A stretch of DNA of 57,379 nucleotides, filler included, from Sphacelaria rigidula (GCA_964200075.2; 7 parts of 7 records of this genome joined end to end with filler, not necessarily neighbours in it), one strand, 5' to 3'. Positions 36,404 through 50,377 are shown, counted from the whole stretch's first letter. Notes: generated by a model from the letters alone, not told the origin. Made by a program: numbers and translations.

Positions 36404-39400
36404 TATACTGGGACCCCCGGAAGCCGGTAAAGAATGGAGAAACTTCGAAATGTCGTCAATAATAAATACTTTCCACTTGGAGCATCAATACCTACGGAAC
36501 TGCCAAGTTTGAGGGTGATTTGAGCTTTTCTACTCCAGATATAAGATAAACCATCACGAGGCTCCCTGGGTCCTTCCCACTGTTGCGGTAAGCAGACTTA
36601 TGGGACAGAGGATATGGAAAACATACCACGATCGATATGCCGCGATCGTCCGTACGAGATGGGTTATCCCTTCTGGAACCGTTGGTGGTACAGCGACGAT
36701 ATGCAAACTCCCATATGCGAGCTTTCGTCACCGGGAAAACGTCACTTCGAGTTCGGTGCACAAATCTTTCTTATTAGTATACTTGAAGATAGACCGGTGC
36801 ATCGTTTTCGTTGGCTGCATGAACATTTGCAGAAAAACAACCATATCTTGCCCAAGAAAACGTCAATCGTAAATCGTCACTTATCCATCAGCGGTTCCGA
36901 AAGGGTTAACGGGTGTTGAACTACAATCTGTTTATGATTGATACATTTTACAACTATCGCTAACCCCGACCAACTCCAACCCTAATCCAAGGCATACCGA
37001 GAACCATTGGGCAAGGGAGGTACATATCGTCTCCCTCGCAAAGTGCGGTCTTGGTAGACCTCAAATCGTGGCGCCGATTTGAACGAAAACGTGTCCTGCG
37101 CACGCGAGCAGGACACGGGACTGTCAGCCCCGCTGAAGATCCGATTATCGTTTTTCAGACTCAAATCGAGTGATATCAACCATGGAGAGATTGTAGTACA
37201 ACGCCCGTCAACTCTACTGTTCAGTACAGCCAGTTCATGCAGTCACGACGTATTTTTACACACCGTCAACCACGGATTTGATCGCTCGTAGTGCTGCAGA
37301 AATAACGCACCGTCGAGGAATATGAGCGTCTGGAGATTTTCTACGCAGGATCGTTGAGCTTGAATTTTATTTCGCGTCCAGCCAAGAAACGAACGGGCGG
37401 GTAGAAATCTCGGGGTCGATGATCGATGATCCGAGCTACAGTAGTAAAGATGTCTAGCAAGCGCTTTGTTCTTTCATGAGAAGGGAGCCCCTCTGCCCTC
37501 CTCCGAAACATCGCCGTCTACTATGTAAAGCTCATCATCATTATAAGGACTTCGCAATCGCATAGCGGGCTCCATGTGCATGTCTGCATAGATTGGCTCG
37601 CGTGCATGCATGCATGCGAACATGCTGTAGTGCAGGAACTGGGGCGTGCAGTATGCATACCCTTCACAGACTTACAACTGGGTGTGATCAGGGGGGGGGG
37701 AGCTCTCAGCTGCCACAGAGTGTGAGAAGTTTCGATTTTGCAGCGGTGAATGATATAAATGCTCACCACCCTCAATGGTTAGTTTCACGTTTCTTAATAT
37801 TGACTTCGTCGGAGACTGCGGCGGGCACGCTGCCGAACTCAAGGTCGTTGGAAAGATTTCGTTGGGAGCTTTCAATGATATAATTCGTAGTCTAGGGTGT
37901 TAAACCTCGAACGCTCAACCTGGCGAAGCCCATCATCGAATGGTCTACCTCTACCTAGAGTACCCACCCAGCGCTTCTGCTGAATATCGATGTGATATCT
38001 ACATGTGGCATGGCGCTGATTAAAACACTCGCCTCGTCCAGGCATTCCGCCCGCTACACCTCTCGCAGAAGATCCTCAATATCCATGCCCCCTTCAGTCA
38101 TATCCTTGGCTTTCCATGGCCCTCCAACGTGTCTCTGCAATCCCTATCCGCAGTAATACAATGTACAATACCCTACATCAACAGGCGGCTCCGGCCCAGG
38201 CACCCCAGCGGACGGGGGGTAACACCCCCCCCCCCCTTCGCACTCTACAGCTTTCAATCTTTCAACCTCGACTCTCCCCACAAAAGATACGGATCAAACC
38301 CAAGGGAGAAAAAAGCATGAATGTTTCTGTAAAGGTCTTCGAAGATACTCGAACTCAGGCGCCAGTCGGTACAGCTTTCGAGAATTTCGAGAACAGGAGC
38401 AACCTCATGCAGTGACATTAGCTTAGTTTGATATCTCGGACCCGCGGTCTAGTGGACTACCAGGAGACGATCAAACGCCAACCGAAACGTTGGATAGAAG
38501 TGAACTCCGCCGCATTTTTCTGCTTTGGGGGAATGGCGACCCAGATAATGGACGCGACATTGCAGTATCACAGAATCAAAGGCAGGCTACTACTTTTGGT
38601 CAAAAGGTTTGTTGATCATGAGTTCTTCCAACCAAGGTGAGATGATATCACACGGGCAAGGATACTGCAACGGTGTAGAGCCGCTCCCGCCAGTGGCATG
38701 CGCGCATTGCTGTGGCCATGCCGGGCGATGAACAAGTACGGCTTGATCTCTCGTACACGAGATCAAGCGCTGGGCCGGTACCGTGGATTACAGCTCAGCG
38801 GCCTTAGACGTGTTATTAGAACACGGGCAGCCCCACCGTGAAAACGATATTGCCTCGAATCCAGTGGTCGGCAGTCTGCAGCTACGAGATCTGTGACAAG
38901 GCCGAACGATCCTTGCGCAGCACCGCAGAGCTGTATGCACAGATTGTTTGGTGAACCTAAATTATATGACAACTTTTACGGTGACATGGGTAGGATCAAG
39001 AACACATAGCGATGATTCTCTTCTCGATAGACATGCGTCTCAGACCCCCCCGGTGGCGTGATAGTCGCTTTCCTCAGCGTATTATCCGACAATGAGCACG
39101 TGCCATCCAACCCTACCCCCACCATCAGTGGAGACAACTACCACAGCATCGGCTTGCTCACCAAAAACCTGGAAGCCAACGACCGAACGCGCGGTCAATC
39201 TGGGCAAATCGACCAAGAGACCAATACGAGGCGTTCCTACACCCGACTACGGTACAGCGTCTCCCTTAGTGCGAGCACGACTCGCGCCCGGTGCCAAGAA
39301 ATAGCAACATCGTCGTCTTGAAGGGCACAAATCGCCTTCTCGTACTCTTAATATCCAGTGGGTTGTATGCTACAGTACACTTGGCAGCACTTTTCGGTGC

Positions 39401-39550
39401 GGCTCCGTGCTGTGTCTATTCGACCATTTGTTCGTGTTCCCACCGCCCCGCAGTCATATACAATTCGCCGGGAGCAACCCTGATTTCTCGTGGCTTGTTT
39501 TTGTTTCCGTTCACAAAGCAGCTCTTCACCGCGATAGTTCCAAGCGTCTG

Positions 39551-39597
<47 letters not shown>

Positions 39598-39644
39598 AAC
39601 ACACTGTCTGATTTACTGTCGACTTCCCCGTTGTGTCCATACAG

Positions 39645-40345
39645 GATTGACGATTGGCAGGGTGGCAGGTGCGTGCAGGGCAGCTCTGGGTATATTGTCT
39701 CCCTTAGCGGCCCCATCTGCTTCAGCCCGTGCAGCCCCTGCAGTTCCCACCGCCGCCGCCGCCGCCGCCGCTCCCCCCGCCAAAGGAGGGCCCGATTTCA
39801 ATATGCCAGTTGTGCTATGGTCAGCGGTAGAATACATGGGAGAAGGCCACTTCGTCGCTCCGTCCACCGTCCCTACTCCTGTCGACATTGTCGCCGGCGA
39901 TGCCGACGCTCCCTCGGCTGCCGCTCCGGTTGCCGCTCTCGCCCCTGCTGCAACCGCGGCGCCCCAGGCCTCCGCCGCCTCCCCAACGACGGCGCGGTCG
40001 AGCGCAGCTGGACTCGTGGTGAATACTGACTCGGCGACTCCAACCGCTGCTATCGCAACCCCCACCGCCGCAGTCCCATTTGACTATATACCTTGGGAGA
40101 ATGCTCTGGAGAACGTGCGGGATGCCGACTCGGCGCCTACCGTGGGGACTCCATCCGCCGCCGGCGCTGAGGACACGATCGCCCAAGAATCCGATACGAA
40201 CGTCCTAACGCTAGACCCAAACAAATTCTACGGTTGGAAATACTGCCCCCCTCCGTCGAGGCAGTGCCGCAAGGAGACGCCAGACCCAGAGCTTGGGTCA
40301 GGATGGGGAGAGAACGGCCTGGACTACTCCAGGCTGAAGGCTGAG
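39645..40345 (+). CDS. Unidentified Ala/Pro/Thr-rich coding exon
   Basis: GC-rich part of ORF 39407-40363. Candidate acceptors atacag|39645 or cttag|39708 (same phase), donor GAG|gtgatt. Non-repetitive C-terminal part LDPNKFYGWKYCPPPSRQCRKE...LDYSRLKAE. Host gene or transposon gene unresolved. Confidence 0.5.
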
Positions 40346-40959
40346 GTGATTACTGTTTTTTAGACTGAGGTGGTGAACAACCTCTTGTGTATCCCCGGAA
40401 ACGTACTACGCTTGTGGTAATGTACACCCGTGCATGTTTCACTCTATTCGTTGTGTATGATTCACATCTCAGTATGTTTAAGCGGCCCACGGGCAAAGAT
40501 GGCCTGTTTGCGTAGCTTGCGCAAGGTTTCGCACCATGAACACTGGCGTGACGAAGAGATGCTGTGTGTATCATGAGCATCACGTCAACGTGGGATATGT
40601 AATGGCCGGGTTTAGACTATTCGGCTCACAATTGAACGTCAAGTGGGTGCCCACTGTCTCGAATAAGCCAATAAGGCGGATTCACACTCATTGTCGCTCT
40701 TGTATTGTTTACGCGTGACCATGCCACATGCAGCAAATCCGGCAAACCGCAGCTCGGGAGTACGTGGCGCGCCTAGAGAAGGAGGCGGGATATATCAGGT
40801 AAGATTCCGACACTTTCTACGATACCCCCCCCCCAAAAAAAAAGTGCATGGTTTTGGGGGGCAAAATCTTCACGTAAATCGAAAAGGGAAAAGCCGAGCA
40901 CAACGAACAGCTGGGAATTCCCACGTTTCGGTTTGTTCTAGCCAATGTCGCCAAAACCA

Positions 40960-41059
40960 NNNNNNNNNNNNNNNNNNNNNNNNNNNNNNNNNNNNNNNNN
41001 NNNTTAATTAATTAANNNNNNNNNNNNNNNNNNNNNNNNNNNNNNNNNNNNNNNNNNNN
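40960..41059. other. Artificial contig spacer
   Basis: Same 100-nt structure. Confidence 0.98.
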
Positions 41060-43527
41060 GTACTCATGATCATGCATGCCATAGTCATCAGACCGTTGAC
41101 CTCGCATCCCTATAAAGCCGGGACGGAGCACGCATTATCTGGGGGGGGGGGATTGCTTTCGCGGTATCACTCCTCATATACAATGACTAGCTTTACCTCG
41201 TAGCTTGGCTAGTCGCAGGTTTGCACCGCATGCACGGGTCTGCAGAATATGCACAGGCTGGTCCGAGGAAGACACCCAGAATGTCGTCCGCGATCATTTC
41301 TCGCGCCTTTTTCAAGAGTTTGGACAAAAAAGATCACGCACGTCTCTGGGGCCCCAAGAAACCGGTGAAAACGGGCGAAACTCCAAAAGGAACCAACTTT
41401 GGAACCGGAGTGGGGGGAGGAACATTCAGACTCCGGTGATATTGGACTTCATTCAGAAATATGTGTAAAAAATAGCGTGTTCATATTTACAGATAGATGG
41501 CTCAAAAGACAAGGAGCAGACGTGAAAAGCTGTTCCCAGAATGTGGGACATTCAACTGTCGGGGACCTCCAAGAAACCGGTCAAGCGAGATAATCTAGAT
41601 CAGCACCGGCACTGGCAAACTCTGGCGTTCGTCAAGGAGTACGTGTGTGAAATTTCGTCACCGAACTCTGGAAAACCGCCTGAGACATGGAGCGAGCGGG
41701 AAAAATGTTCCGAAATAGTACGGCATATGTAAAACTCGAGCATAGCAAAGTCGCACTATCTCAGCAATAAGCTATAATCTACACGACAAGGGACTCAACT
41801 CCTCTTACCTCGTCTCATGATATTATCTCAACTTTTTTTGCGTGGGTTACTGGGTGCACACGACTGTCCGCGGTGCACACCAAGTTCCAAAGCGTGCGGG
41901 TGCATCCACCAATACATTTCTCCTAAACAGCGGCGCAATCGGTATTTCGGAGATTTCATCCACACTGAATCCTAGACACTTCAAGATCCCCTGTGTCGCA
42001 CACCCCTTGTTTCGCCATCACGACCCGGAACTAGGGAAGAAACCGCATCACTCTGTTCCCTAGATTCTGACGAGCATCTATATAGCTTGGTTATCTGCAT
42101 CTATCTAGTATGTGTTGACGAAACCTCCATGGACAAGTTTTGGGGTGTCTTCCCTAGACCCAGTCCGCGGTGTGGACTATCCGCTTCGGCGTAATGGGTG
42201 GATGAAGACCAAGGTGTACCAAATTCGATGGAAAATGACCTTTAGTATAAAACGTAGCAACGTCTCCTCACGCCGCCCCCGGTGTGAAGATGACCATGGC
42301 GTAAAACGAGTAAATGTGATGCGTACAGTCACTTGACATATTTTCTGTGAAGTTCTAACAAGAATCGTTCCACTTCCCATGGAAAAACCCGCGCCATGTC
42401 AAGCGTTTGTCTTGATTTGTAGGAAAAGTATATGATTCGGGGTTTTTTTTCCAGGTCTTGGATTTTTTTTTCACCCAAACATTGTTAGTCCCATTTCAAC
42501 GTTAAAGCTCTTGTTCGAAAGCTCAGGTAAGAGAAGTTCAGAAGGGTTCATGTCTAATCTAATCTGGAGAGTTTCGACATTGTTCGAAATCCGGGTTTTT
42601 CCACATCCCCTAGCATTTTTTGTTTTTTTTATTAACGGATTCCGGAATATCCCTCAACTCTACTACAGACTAGATATGGTGTATCTGTATGCCTCCGGCC
42701 ACAGCTCTCGAATAAACCCGGATACGTTAAAACAGACTGGCAAGTTATGAGATTAAAGACGCTTCTCCCCGGGGATTATAGGTGATTCCGCCGTAGTTCA
42801 TATCGACGGTCATGGCCCGATCTGCAGGGAGGAATCGCCCTTTTGATGTATTCGTGTAGAAGCACTGCGTGTTTGACGTCGTGTTTTCCCATGTTCTCGA
42901 ATGATGGCCATTTCTTTTGCAGCGGGACGCCGAACTTCCTGCACAGCATGATGCTTTAATACTGGCGTCGTCGAATGTAGGTCGTTCCCTCCTTGGTCTC
43001 TTGATGGTGAAATAATCCGTCAATTGGTTGATGAATTTTGCAGACTTACTGGTCCGCCACATTTTCAGCGGCGGTCACGAGGGAAACGATCCCAAATGAA
43101 AGTAAACGGAAACGCTCGCTAGCGGGGATTCGACAAGGCAGGAAATATGAAGAAAAAAAACGGAAGATGAAACAGAGGAAGCTGCAATGGTTGTGTTTTG
43201 AACGAGACGAAAAAGCGCAGGACGAAGGAAGCTTCCAAAAAGCATGTCGATTCGTCGCCGCAACCATGGACCCGCCCCCAGCGACCAATCAACGTGCTGC
43301 TTTTTGGACGCTTGTTTCATTTCTCGCTCATCATTATCATTGTTTGTTTTTCGTCCCGGTAAGACACGGCCAAAGGTTTGTGTTGTTGACCATAATATTT
43401 TTTTCGCGTAATCTATCTTGTTTCCACTCGTTCTGGCTGATTGGTATCTCTGCCTCCGCCGTCAGAACTCCGTCTGGTTCGTTCATCTCTAGCCTGCTCT
43501 CCTCCGTTCTTGTGCTTGCGAAAACAG

Positions 43528-43677
43528 AGACGCGGACGTGGCGAAAAGTGGAGCCCGCGGGGGCACCTCCTGTGTCTCGATTCGGATACGTTGCCGTGGT
43601 GCATAGCCACTACTTCTGCCTTTTCGGTGGCTACGATGGGACCACGTGGCTCAACGATATGCACCGCTTCAACTTCG
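43528..43677 (+). CDS. Kelch-repeat protein (LZTR1-like propeller), exon 1 seen
   Basis: cag|...|gtgag. Encodes TRTWRKVEPAGAPPVSRFGYVAVVHSHYFCLFGGYDGTTWLNDMHRFNF (Kelch W...R...FGGY). Confidence 0.92.
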
Positions 43678-45468
43678 GTGAGCGATGCGGAAGGGTGTTG
43701 TTTGTTTTCCTCGCCCCTTATCGTTTTTTTTTCCCTTTTTTTTTTTGCCTCTTCTGTTTCTTCTTATCTCGCTGTTGGCCACGTTTTCTTTGGTCCTATC
43801 TGTTTCGTCTTTTTGTTCGTTGTTTCTTCAGCTTCGGGGTTTTCGTGCTCGTGTATATATAGAGAGGAAAAGGGAGAGGGAGATTTCACGTCTTGGTCTA
43901 CTGTGTCGTTCTGTCCGACGTTTTGTGTCCCTTCTTTTTCTTCAGCGAGTGTTGTGAGTTTTGTTTTGGCTTTTGGACGTCTATCATGTGACCACGGCAG
44001 CGGAGGCAGTTAAAGTGCGACAATCATTCAATCAAATCAATCGATGAATCGATAGCATTTGTTTGATGTTTTTCATCTGCTTCCTCTTGTAGCAGATTCC
44101 CTGTGTTGGAATACACACGTTTTGGGGCTTTTCACGGTTGCAGTAGTGGGCGGTCTAACTATTGATTTTGTGGCGTTTTGTGATTTTTTCGCAATTGGCA
44201 ATTTTCTTGGGCTCTTTTTGCTTATCACCGCTTGTCACGTTGGGGATCTGAAGATATGTGTATCCGCTCCTCACCCCCCCCCCCAAAAAAAAAAAAAAAA
44301 CTTATGTACTCAATATTGAGTGACTTACGGGCTGACCGGCCACCGGGGGTCCTGTAACGTTCCATCCCAGATTCTTCCTCTTCGTTATTATTGGTCAATC
44401 TAGCTTGTCCCGATCATACTTGTGAAGAAATATACAGTCTCATTTTTTTTCAAATTCTATCTACTAATTACACTAGAGCCGAAAAACAGTGTTTTACTGT
44501 CAATAACACCCTCCTGATAAAAGGGGTATTTACTCGTATCGCCTGATAATAGCAACGAACATTGCCTTGGGCACTGTGTTCCGACGATGGTCTATCTATT
44601 GTGCCAAAATCTACCGACGCTAGCAATTTCGAGTTCTATCGAAGAGTAGTACGCGAGGAAAACCCCAAAACATCCCTGAATAGTTGGACCGCCCACTCCT
44701 GTAGGACGAATCAAATCATGATTCAACTCGTGTTCATCATCCCAATCATACGACTCGTACATCATTTGTAATTTACACATATTTTGAGCTCTTGAGTCGT
44801 GCATACACCGTCAACGGTAACTGTTTCCTACGTTCCGACATCCGCGGTAAATCATATGGGCACATTTTCATCCCCTGTAAAAAAAATGCGGAATGAATCG
44901 ATTGTATATGCCACTCACACTTACCATGAGGCATGAATGGCATGTACATCTTTGTACAGCTACAGCCGTCACAAGATGCTGTCTACTCGAAGATCTCCGC
45001 GAGATGATTTAAAATCAACATCAAATTCCTGGAGCGTTGCCGACGCAGTTTACGGGAAATCGAAATTGGGTCCTCGATCGCTCCGGATGATGAATGAAAA
45101 TATTTTTTTCAAAACGTACGGGCGTACCGGTAAATAATTCTCGACTTCAGTGCACAGCAGGTCGATATTCCTACACGCTGCACTCCAACAAACTCTATCA
45201 TGACTCCATCTCTAACGTCAATGAGTTTGGTTTGCTTTCTCCGGTTGTGTTACTCCGATACGTGGCCTCCTTATCACGGAGTTCCTGTCGTAGTCCTGTT
45301 GCCTGAGGTACTCGAACAGACGCTGTTGTTCAACAGTGCTTCTTTCATCACTCGCGCTTGTCCATGTCCTGTGTTCGCTTCTCCCCCTTTCTGCTCCTCT
45401 TCTCGTCGTTTTTGTCATTGGCCATTGTGTTATCGTCATTGTTGTTGGGCTTTTTTGGGGTGTGGCAG

Positions 45469-45587
45469 ACACATCTTTGTGGGAGGAGGTGCAGACATCG
45501 GGTCAGATTCCCAGTATCCGATCCTGTCCCAGCTGGTGCAAGGAGGGCGACAACGTTTTCGTCTTCGGAGGCTACGACGGCGTACAG
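45469..45587 (+). CDS. Kelch-repeat protein, exon 2 seen
   Basis: cag|...|gtgaa. Encodes DTSLWEEVQTSGQIPSIRSCPSWCKEGDNVFVFGGYDGVQ. Phases consistent. Confidence 0.9.
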
Positions 45588-46269
45588 GTGAAGCGCCACG
45601 TGGTATATATCGGAGGTGTCGAAAAAGAGATGCAAGATATTTCGGGTGGTATCGAAACGTAGCGAAGATACCGATTATTGCTCAGACGGTGTGGGTAGTG
45701 GGGGGTTTGAGTCAAGTGGTTTCATTTCGGTTTGGATAAGCCCCGAAACGGGCATCCTTGTGTGTTACTCCTACTATAGATAACTGAAATATTAGTTTGG
45801 ATTCATGTAGGCATATGGTACGCATGGCACGCGCCCATTCGCTTTTTGGAAAATCGCGACGACTGAAAGCATAGCACGAATCCCACTCCCAACGCAATGA
45901 AAAGGAGTAGAGCTCTATTTCACGCATTCTGTTCCAATGATACATCATAATGAATGCGTTTCCAATTTTACGCTTCATCCTTGGAAGATCCTTGAAAATG
46001 TTGGACTTGAGTTCAAGGACCGGTCGGTATGTTGGTCAAACCGACGGGCAGGGGTTTCTGGACGGTTCGTAGAAAAGGGTGCCGGTGTGCAGCTGCTGAA
46101 TACTACGACGATTTTGATCACCAGAGGTGGACGGCAGCGTTTCCGCGCTGTTGTGAAGACGCACACAACCACGACCTTTAGTTTTTCTGAGGTGCCGTCT
46201 TTTGTTGTCTGTTTTCCCCCTTCCACGTTGTTGTTGTTGTTGCCGTTGTCGCCGTGATTCCGTATCCAG

Positions 46270-46333
46270 CGAATGAACGACTTCTATCGATGTGATCTGG
46301 AGACCATGACTTGGGCGCACATCGTGTCCCTGG
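46270..46333 (+). CDS. Kelch-repeat protein, exon 3 seen
   Basis: cag|...|gtgagt, 64 nt. Encodes RMNDFYRCDLETMTWAHIVSL(G). Not represented in the supplied ORF track. Confidence 0.88.
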
Positions 46334-47302
46334 GTGAGTGAAGACGCGAGTAGACCCTGCCACGTCCAGCGCTCTGCTTGCGTCTATTTTTCTCAGTATT
46401 TTGGGCGTTGAACGCCTTGAACATGTTGACGGATGGCGTTGTGTGCTGGCTCGATGCGTTGCCGCATCTCGAACTCGAGAGCTTCCGTTGCACCAGAAGC
46501 CTTTAACTTGATGATTTTTTTTGGCACAACGTTGTCTCTTGTAACGAATCCGTCGCTCTAGTTTCTGCACTCGTATGTACCACTTGGCGGCCGAAGAGAA
46601 AGATGGAAGCTGTTCCTACTGTGTAGTTGTTAATGTCAGCTCCGTACTGTCCATGTACTGAACTCGAAGGCCATGCACGGTGGAATCAACAGACCACACG
46701 AGCCATGTGTGAAGGCACTGCAGGTCATTCACAAGTTTGACACAATAGTGAGCTATCTACGTTCAAAATGAGCGCAGATTCCGCTTGAACGGCACAGAAA
46801 TACTGATACCAAACCCAGCTCTACGTACAAATGCCCCCCCTAATTATTTCAATGAGCACCAATGCACTGCGGGACTTCTGCATCGATGATCGACAGTGAT
46901 CGATCCGCACGACAGGAACTGTAGCGGGGGGAGCATGGACTCGTGTTGAGGGGGTGGGAAGGGGACGGAGGGGGACAGAGGGGGGGGGGGAGTGGAAAAG
47001 CACACCACGACAAGCAGCAAAATGTCGGATTCTATGTAGTGCTGAATAGACCGCACTTGTAGAAAGCCTGGCGATTCCATTTGTATCGTCGCAGACGGTG
47101 ACTGAGGGATATCCATTTTATTTTTTCTTGAAAAATACAAAATAAAACCGTAGATGCGCCTGGTCGAACTTTTGCGTCTTTTTGGGGGAGGTGCGCTTTC
47201 TGCTGTAGTGTGCACGTATTGAACGTCCGCCAGAAGATCGCCTGGGCGGAAAGAAGCGGCGTGTGTTTGACCCGCTGCGCTACTCGCTGTGTTATCTCAC
47301 AG

Positions 47303-47442
47303 GAGCGGTCCCGACGCCGCGGTATTTCCACTCGTGCGCCATTCACAATGGGAGCATGTACGTGTTCGGGGGTTACAACGGGTCTGACAGGCTGTGTGAC
47401 TTCTTCGAGCACAACTTCGAGACTGGAGTGTGGACTGAACTC
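47303..47442 (+). CDS. Kelch-repeat protein, exon 4 seen
   Basis: cag|...|gtgagt. Encodes AVPTPRYFHSCAIHNGSMYVFGGYNGSDRLCDFFEHNFETGVWTEL. Confidence 0.92.
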
Positions 47443-47689
47443 GTGAGTTATTTGTTTGTGTGCCTCGTCTTGATCCTGTTTTTAAGTGAGGAACGATTCC
47501 TTTTGGTAACTTGATCGTCGATTGGTCTGTACTCTCTCTTTCACTCTTCTGAATTTTGAAGTCTTTTGAGCTGGGAGGGAGCTTCACGATCTTTAGTGCA
47601 GGAACGTGAGCACGCAGAGAGACACGCTACGAGAAGTTTCTTGGTGGTACTTACATGCACTGAAACGTTTTTCATACACCGGGTATGGT

Positions 47690-47915
47690 TGGCGCCACGC
47701 CACGGTGATCTGAAAAAGGTACAACCGACACCGTTGGGACGGGGACCACGAATCCCGCCAGATGCGTTTAATCTGGCTCGTTTCTTCGAAATATCTGATT
47801 TCTGTCGTCGAAAGCGTGGGAGCGTGAAGAGTAAGAGAGTTTGTTCGGCTGACTTTGGTAGACGACAGTCGACGTGGTGCGGGAGTGCCCGATGGTCATG
47901 CTCCAATCCACGATC
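47690..47915 (+). mobile_element. SINE family B, diverged copy
   Basis: Aligns with 50378-50595 (ggtacaacygacacc...tgttcggctga...gacagtcga...ggtgcgggagtg). Confidence 0.65.
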
Positions 47916-48603
47916 CCAAAATGTAGGGTGTGTACCTACCAGCAAGAGAAAAGTTGGGCTTGGTCCCTTGAGAACACGGAGCCGTTCCGACGAAGAGGAC
48001 GGGTTGAAAGCGTGACTTACACAAGAAATGCCCCCCCTCCCCCCCGAGCGGTATACTTTACTTAGATGGGCTCAGCCCTCTGACTGGGACATAGCTTGTC
48101 ATTTCCGGCGAGCCCATGCGTATATTGCTGAAGCGAACTTTCGCGTTAATACCTTGATTTCGATATACAAATGATCTTGGCCTGAAAGTCCCGATATCTA
48201 CGCAGCCTTAGGTCGAGCAATACCGTGTTTTCCTTGAAGTATCGTTGGTCTCGGAAGCAAGTGATGTACTACAGGGATTCGACGGTGATGCCACCCCCCA
48301 CCCACTCCACCTTCGCACGCCGACATGTCGTTCCAAAAGGCGCGTCATTAGAGGAGGAACACTTCAACGCCGAAGTCGAGATGAAGCACTCAAAACTAGT
48401 CGCGAAACTGCTTGCAACGAGGTAGTCTTGTCTTGTGCAAAGTGAGTCGAGCGCGACTTTCCGTATCGTGAAGAGCAAAAGACCGGAAGCCGGCGTGGGA
48501 CCTGATGAGCGCCGCAGCACCGAACCGTGCACTGCTTCGTAGCGACTTGCGCCTTTTTCTGACCAGGAATGTGTTGTTCCGTGACGTGTCACGTCACATG
48601 CAG

Positions 48604-48696
48604 GAACCTCACGGAGACGTGCCGACCGGCCGGAGCAGCTTGGTCGCGCAGGTCCACGGAAATTCGCTTTTCATTTTTGGTGGATACAACGGACAG
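48604..48696 (+). CDS. Kelch-repeat protein, exon 5 seen
   Basis: cag|...|gtgat. Encodes EPHGDVPTGRSSLVAQVHGNSLFIFGGYNGQ. Confidence 0.9.
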
Positions 48697-49169
48697 GTGA
48701 TCAAGCCACGGTGGTTGCTATGAGCTTCCAACACCGAATTGAATGTGGCATCTGCATAGTGCGGCAGTGCGATGACACCGAAATACTGCAGAAGCCGACA
48801 GGAAACGTGACTTTCCGTCTTTCCCGTATTTCGAGTGAAGCATGCGTAGCTCCGTTCGGGGAATGCATCATGGATTGATTTGATTGATTGTCGCACTTTG
48901 AGTGATCCCCCAAGGATTACATGATTGATGGAGCGATCAAAGGGGCACAGCAGATGAACTCGCTCCCCCCCCCCCTCTCCCCTCCCTGGCCCAGCGAAAA
49001 CCCGGTGTGCTCCGTGCCGGCTTTGTAGGGATGCAAGGTCAGTAGTCTTCTGACTATGGCATGCATGATCATGAGATTCCCCCCCCCCCCCGCGCGCGCG
49101 CCGCGGGAATAACGTTTTGAAAAACGTCTCAAAAGGAGGGGGCGGGTGGCCTGGCTTCCGATATCATTT

Positions 49170-49269
49170 NNNNNNNNNNNNNNNNNNNNNNNNNNNNNNN
49201 NNNNNNNNNNNNNTTAATTAATTAANNNNNNNNNNNNNNNNNNNNNNNNNNNNNNNNNNNNNNNNNNNN
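49170..49269. other. Artificial contig spacer
   Basis: Same 100-nt structure. Confidence 0.98.
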
Positions 49270-49564
49270 AATGTGCGAAAGCACGATTTTGGGGACAAAA
49301 AACGTCCTTTTTTCACCCCGAAATCGAGGCAAAAATGTGCTTTAACACATACCCTTTGGGGGAATGGAAGGCTACAAATTCCCCGAACTAGTGTTGAGGA
49401 GGTCGGGAGGGGTGCGGTGGTCCATATAAAAGTAATTTGTCATGAATTTCGGCCAGGGAAAGCACGGCTTTTGAGTTGAACCTCATTTTTTTTCAACCCC
49501 ATTTTGGAGAATCCACTGTCTACTGCTATGGACGAAAGCAATGTGTTGCCTTTTCACTCTGTTG

Positions 49565-49775
49565 TGGTGTGTGTGTTGTCGTCCCATATACTCTGGATGC
49601 CGGTCTACACCTTTCGGTACATGTGAGCGCACCAGCCGGGGTCACACAGGAGGAAGGTCAACACAGGAGCTTTTTCCTTTTCTTGATTTTTTTTCTAGTA
49701 CCCCACCTTCCTTCTGCGGTACTTGCCTTTCTTTTTTATCGCGAGAGGGTTTCAGCAATCCCTTTTCCTTGTCAC
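49565..49775 (-). mobile_element. SINE family A, 5'-truncated copy
   Basis: Shares ...ccggtctacacctttcgg...gtcacacaggaggaagg... with 11940-12130. Confidence 0.75.
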
Positions 49776-50377
49776 TATCGTCAAGTAATGACAAAACCAT
49801 GCGGCAGTCACTGGAAACTGGCCATGCCAGAACTAGTGTGCACTCAATGAAAGCGGAGACAAGAGGGGTATTGTGCCGCTGATTTTTCAAAACCAATCCA
49901 CCGCGATATCTTGGTATCGACGAACACGCATCAATTTGAACTCATGGACATGAGAAAATGACTTTGTGCGCGTTAAACGCTACATGTGGGCGGCTAATAG
50001 TTGGCTTGCTTTGGAAAAGAGATTAATGAAGTGCGAATTTTTACACCTTCCGGCGGATCGCCCTCCCCACTGGGTTGGGGGACAATTCGGCTCAGGCTTG
50101 CACCGTCACCAGGCGGCTACAGCCGCTACGGTGCTATTATGTCACAACGGATTGGCTTCACCAACGCCCAAATATGTTGCTGATGTAAGGGTTATTATCA
50201 GCGCCGACCTTCCAAGATATACGATAGTGCGAAAAGTACACGCCTGGCTCCTGCAATTATGGTACAGGAAGTGAACTTCCGACAATCATCTTAAATATCG
50301 GCCATGCGTATGCGATTCGATTCATGTGCCTGCGCCCCTCTCACCTGCGTCTTGTGGAGATTTTCTGTGGAATATTT

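Noticed and set aside
37725-39300. Additional LINE ORF (NDINAHHPQW resembles the APE GDFNAHH..W motif)
   Set aside because: Only one short motif. Downstream frames show no recognisable RT motifs, so it is too decayed to call.
8157-49225. TTAATTAATTAA recurring every ~8.2 kb as a biological periodic element
   Set aside because: Always centred in 44+44 Ns. It is an assembly linker.
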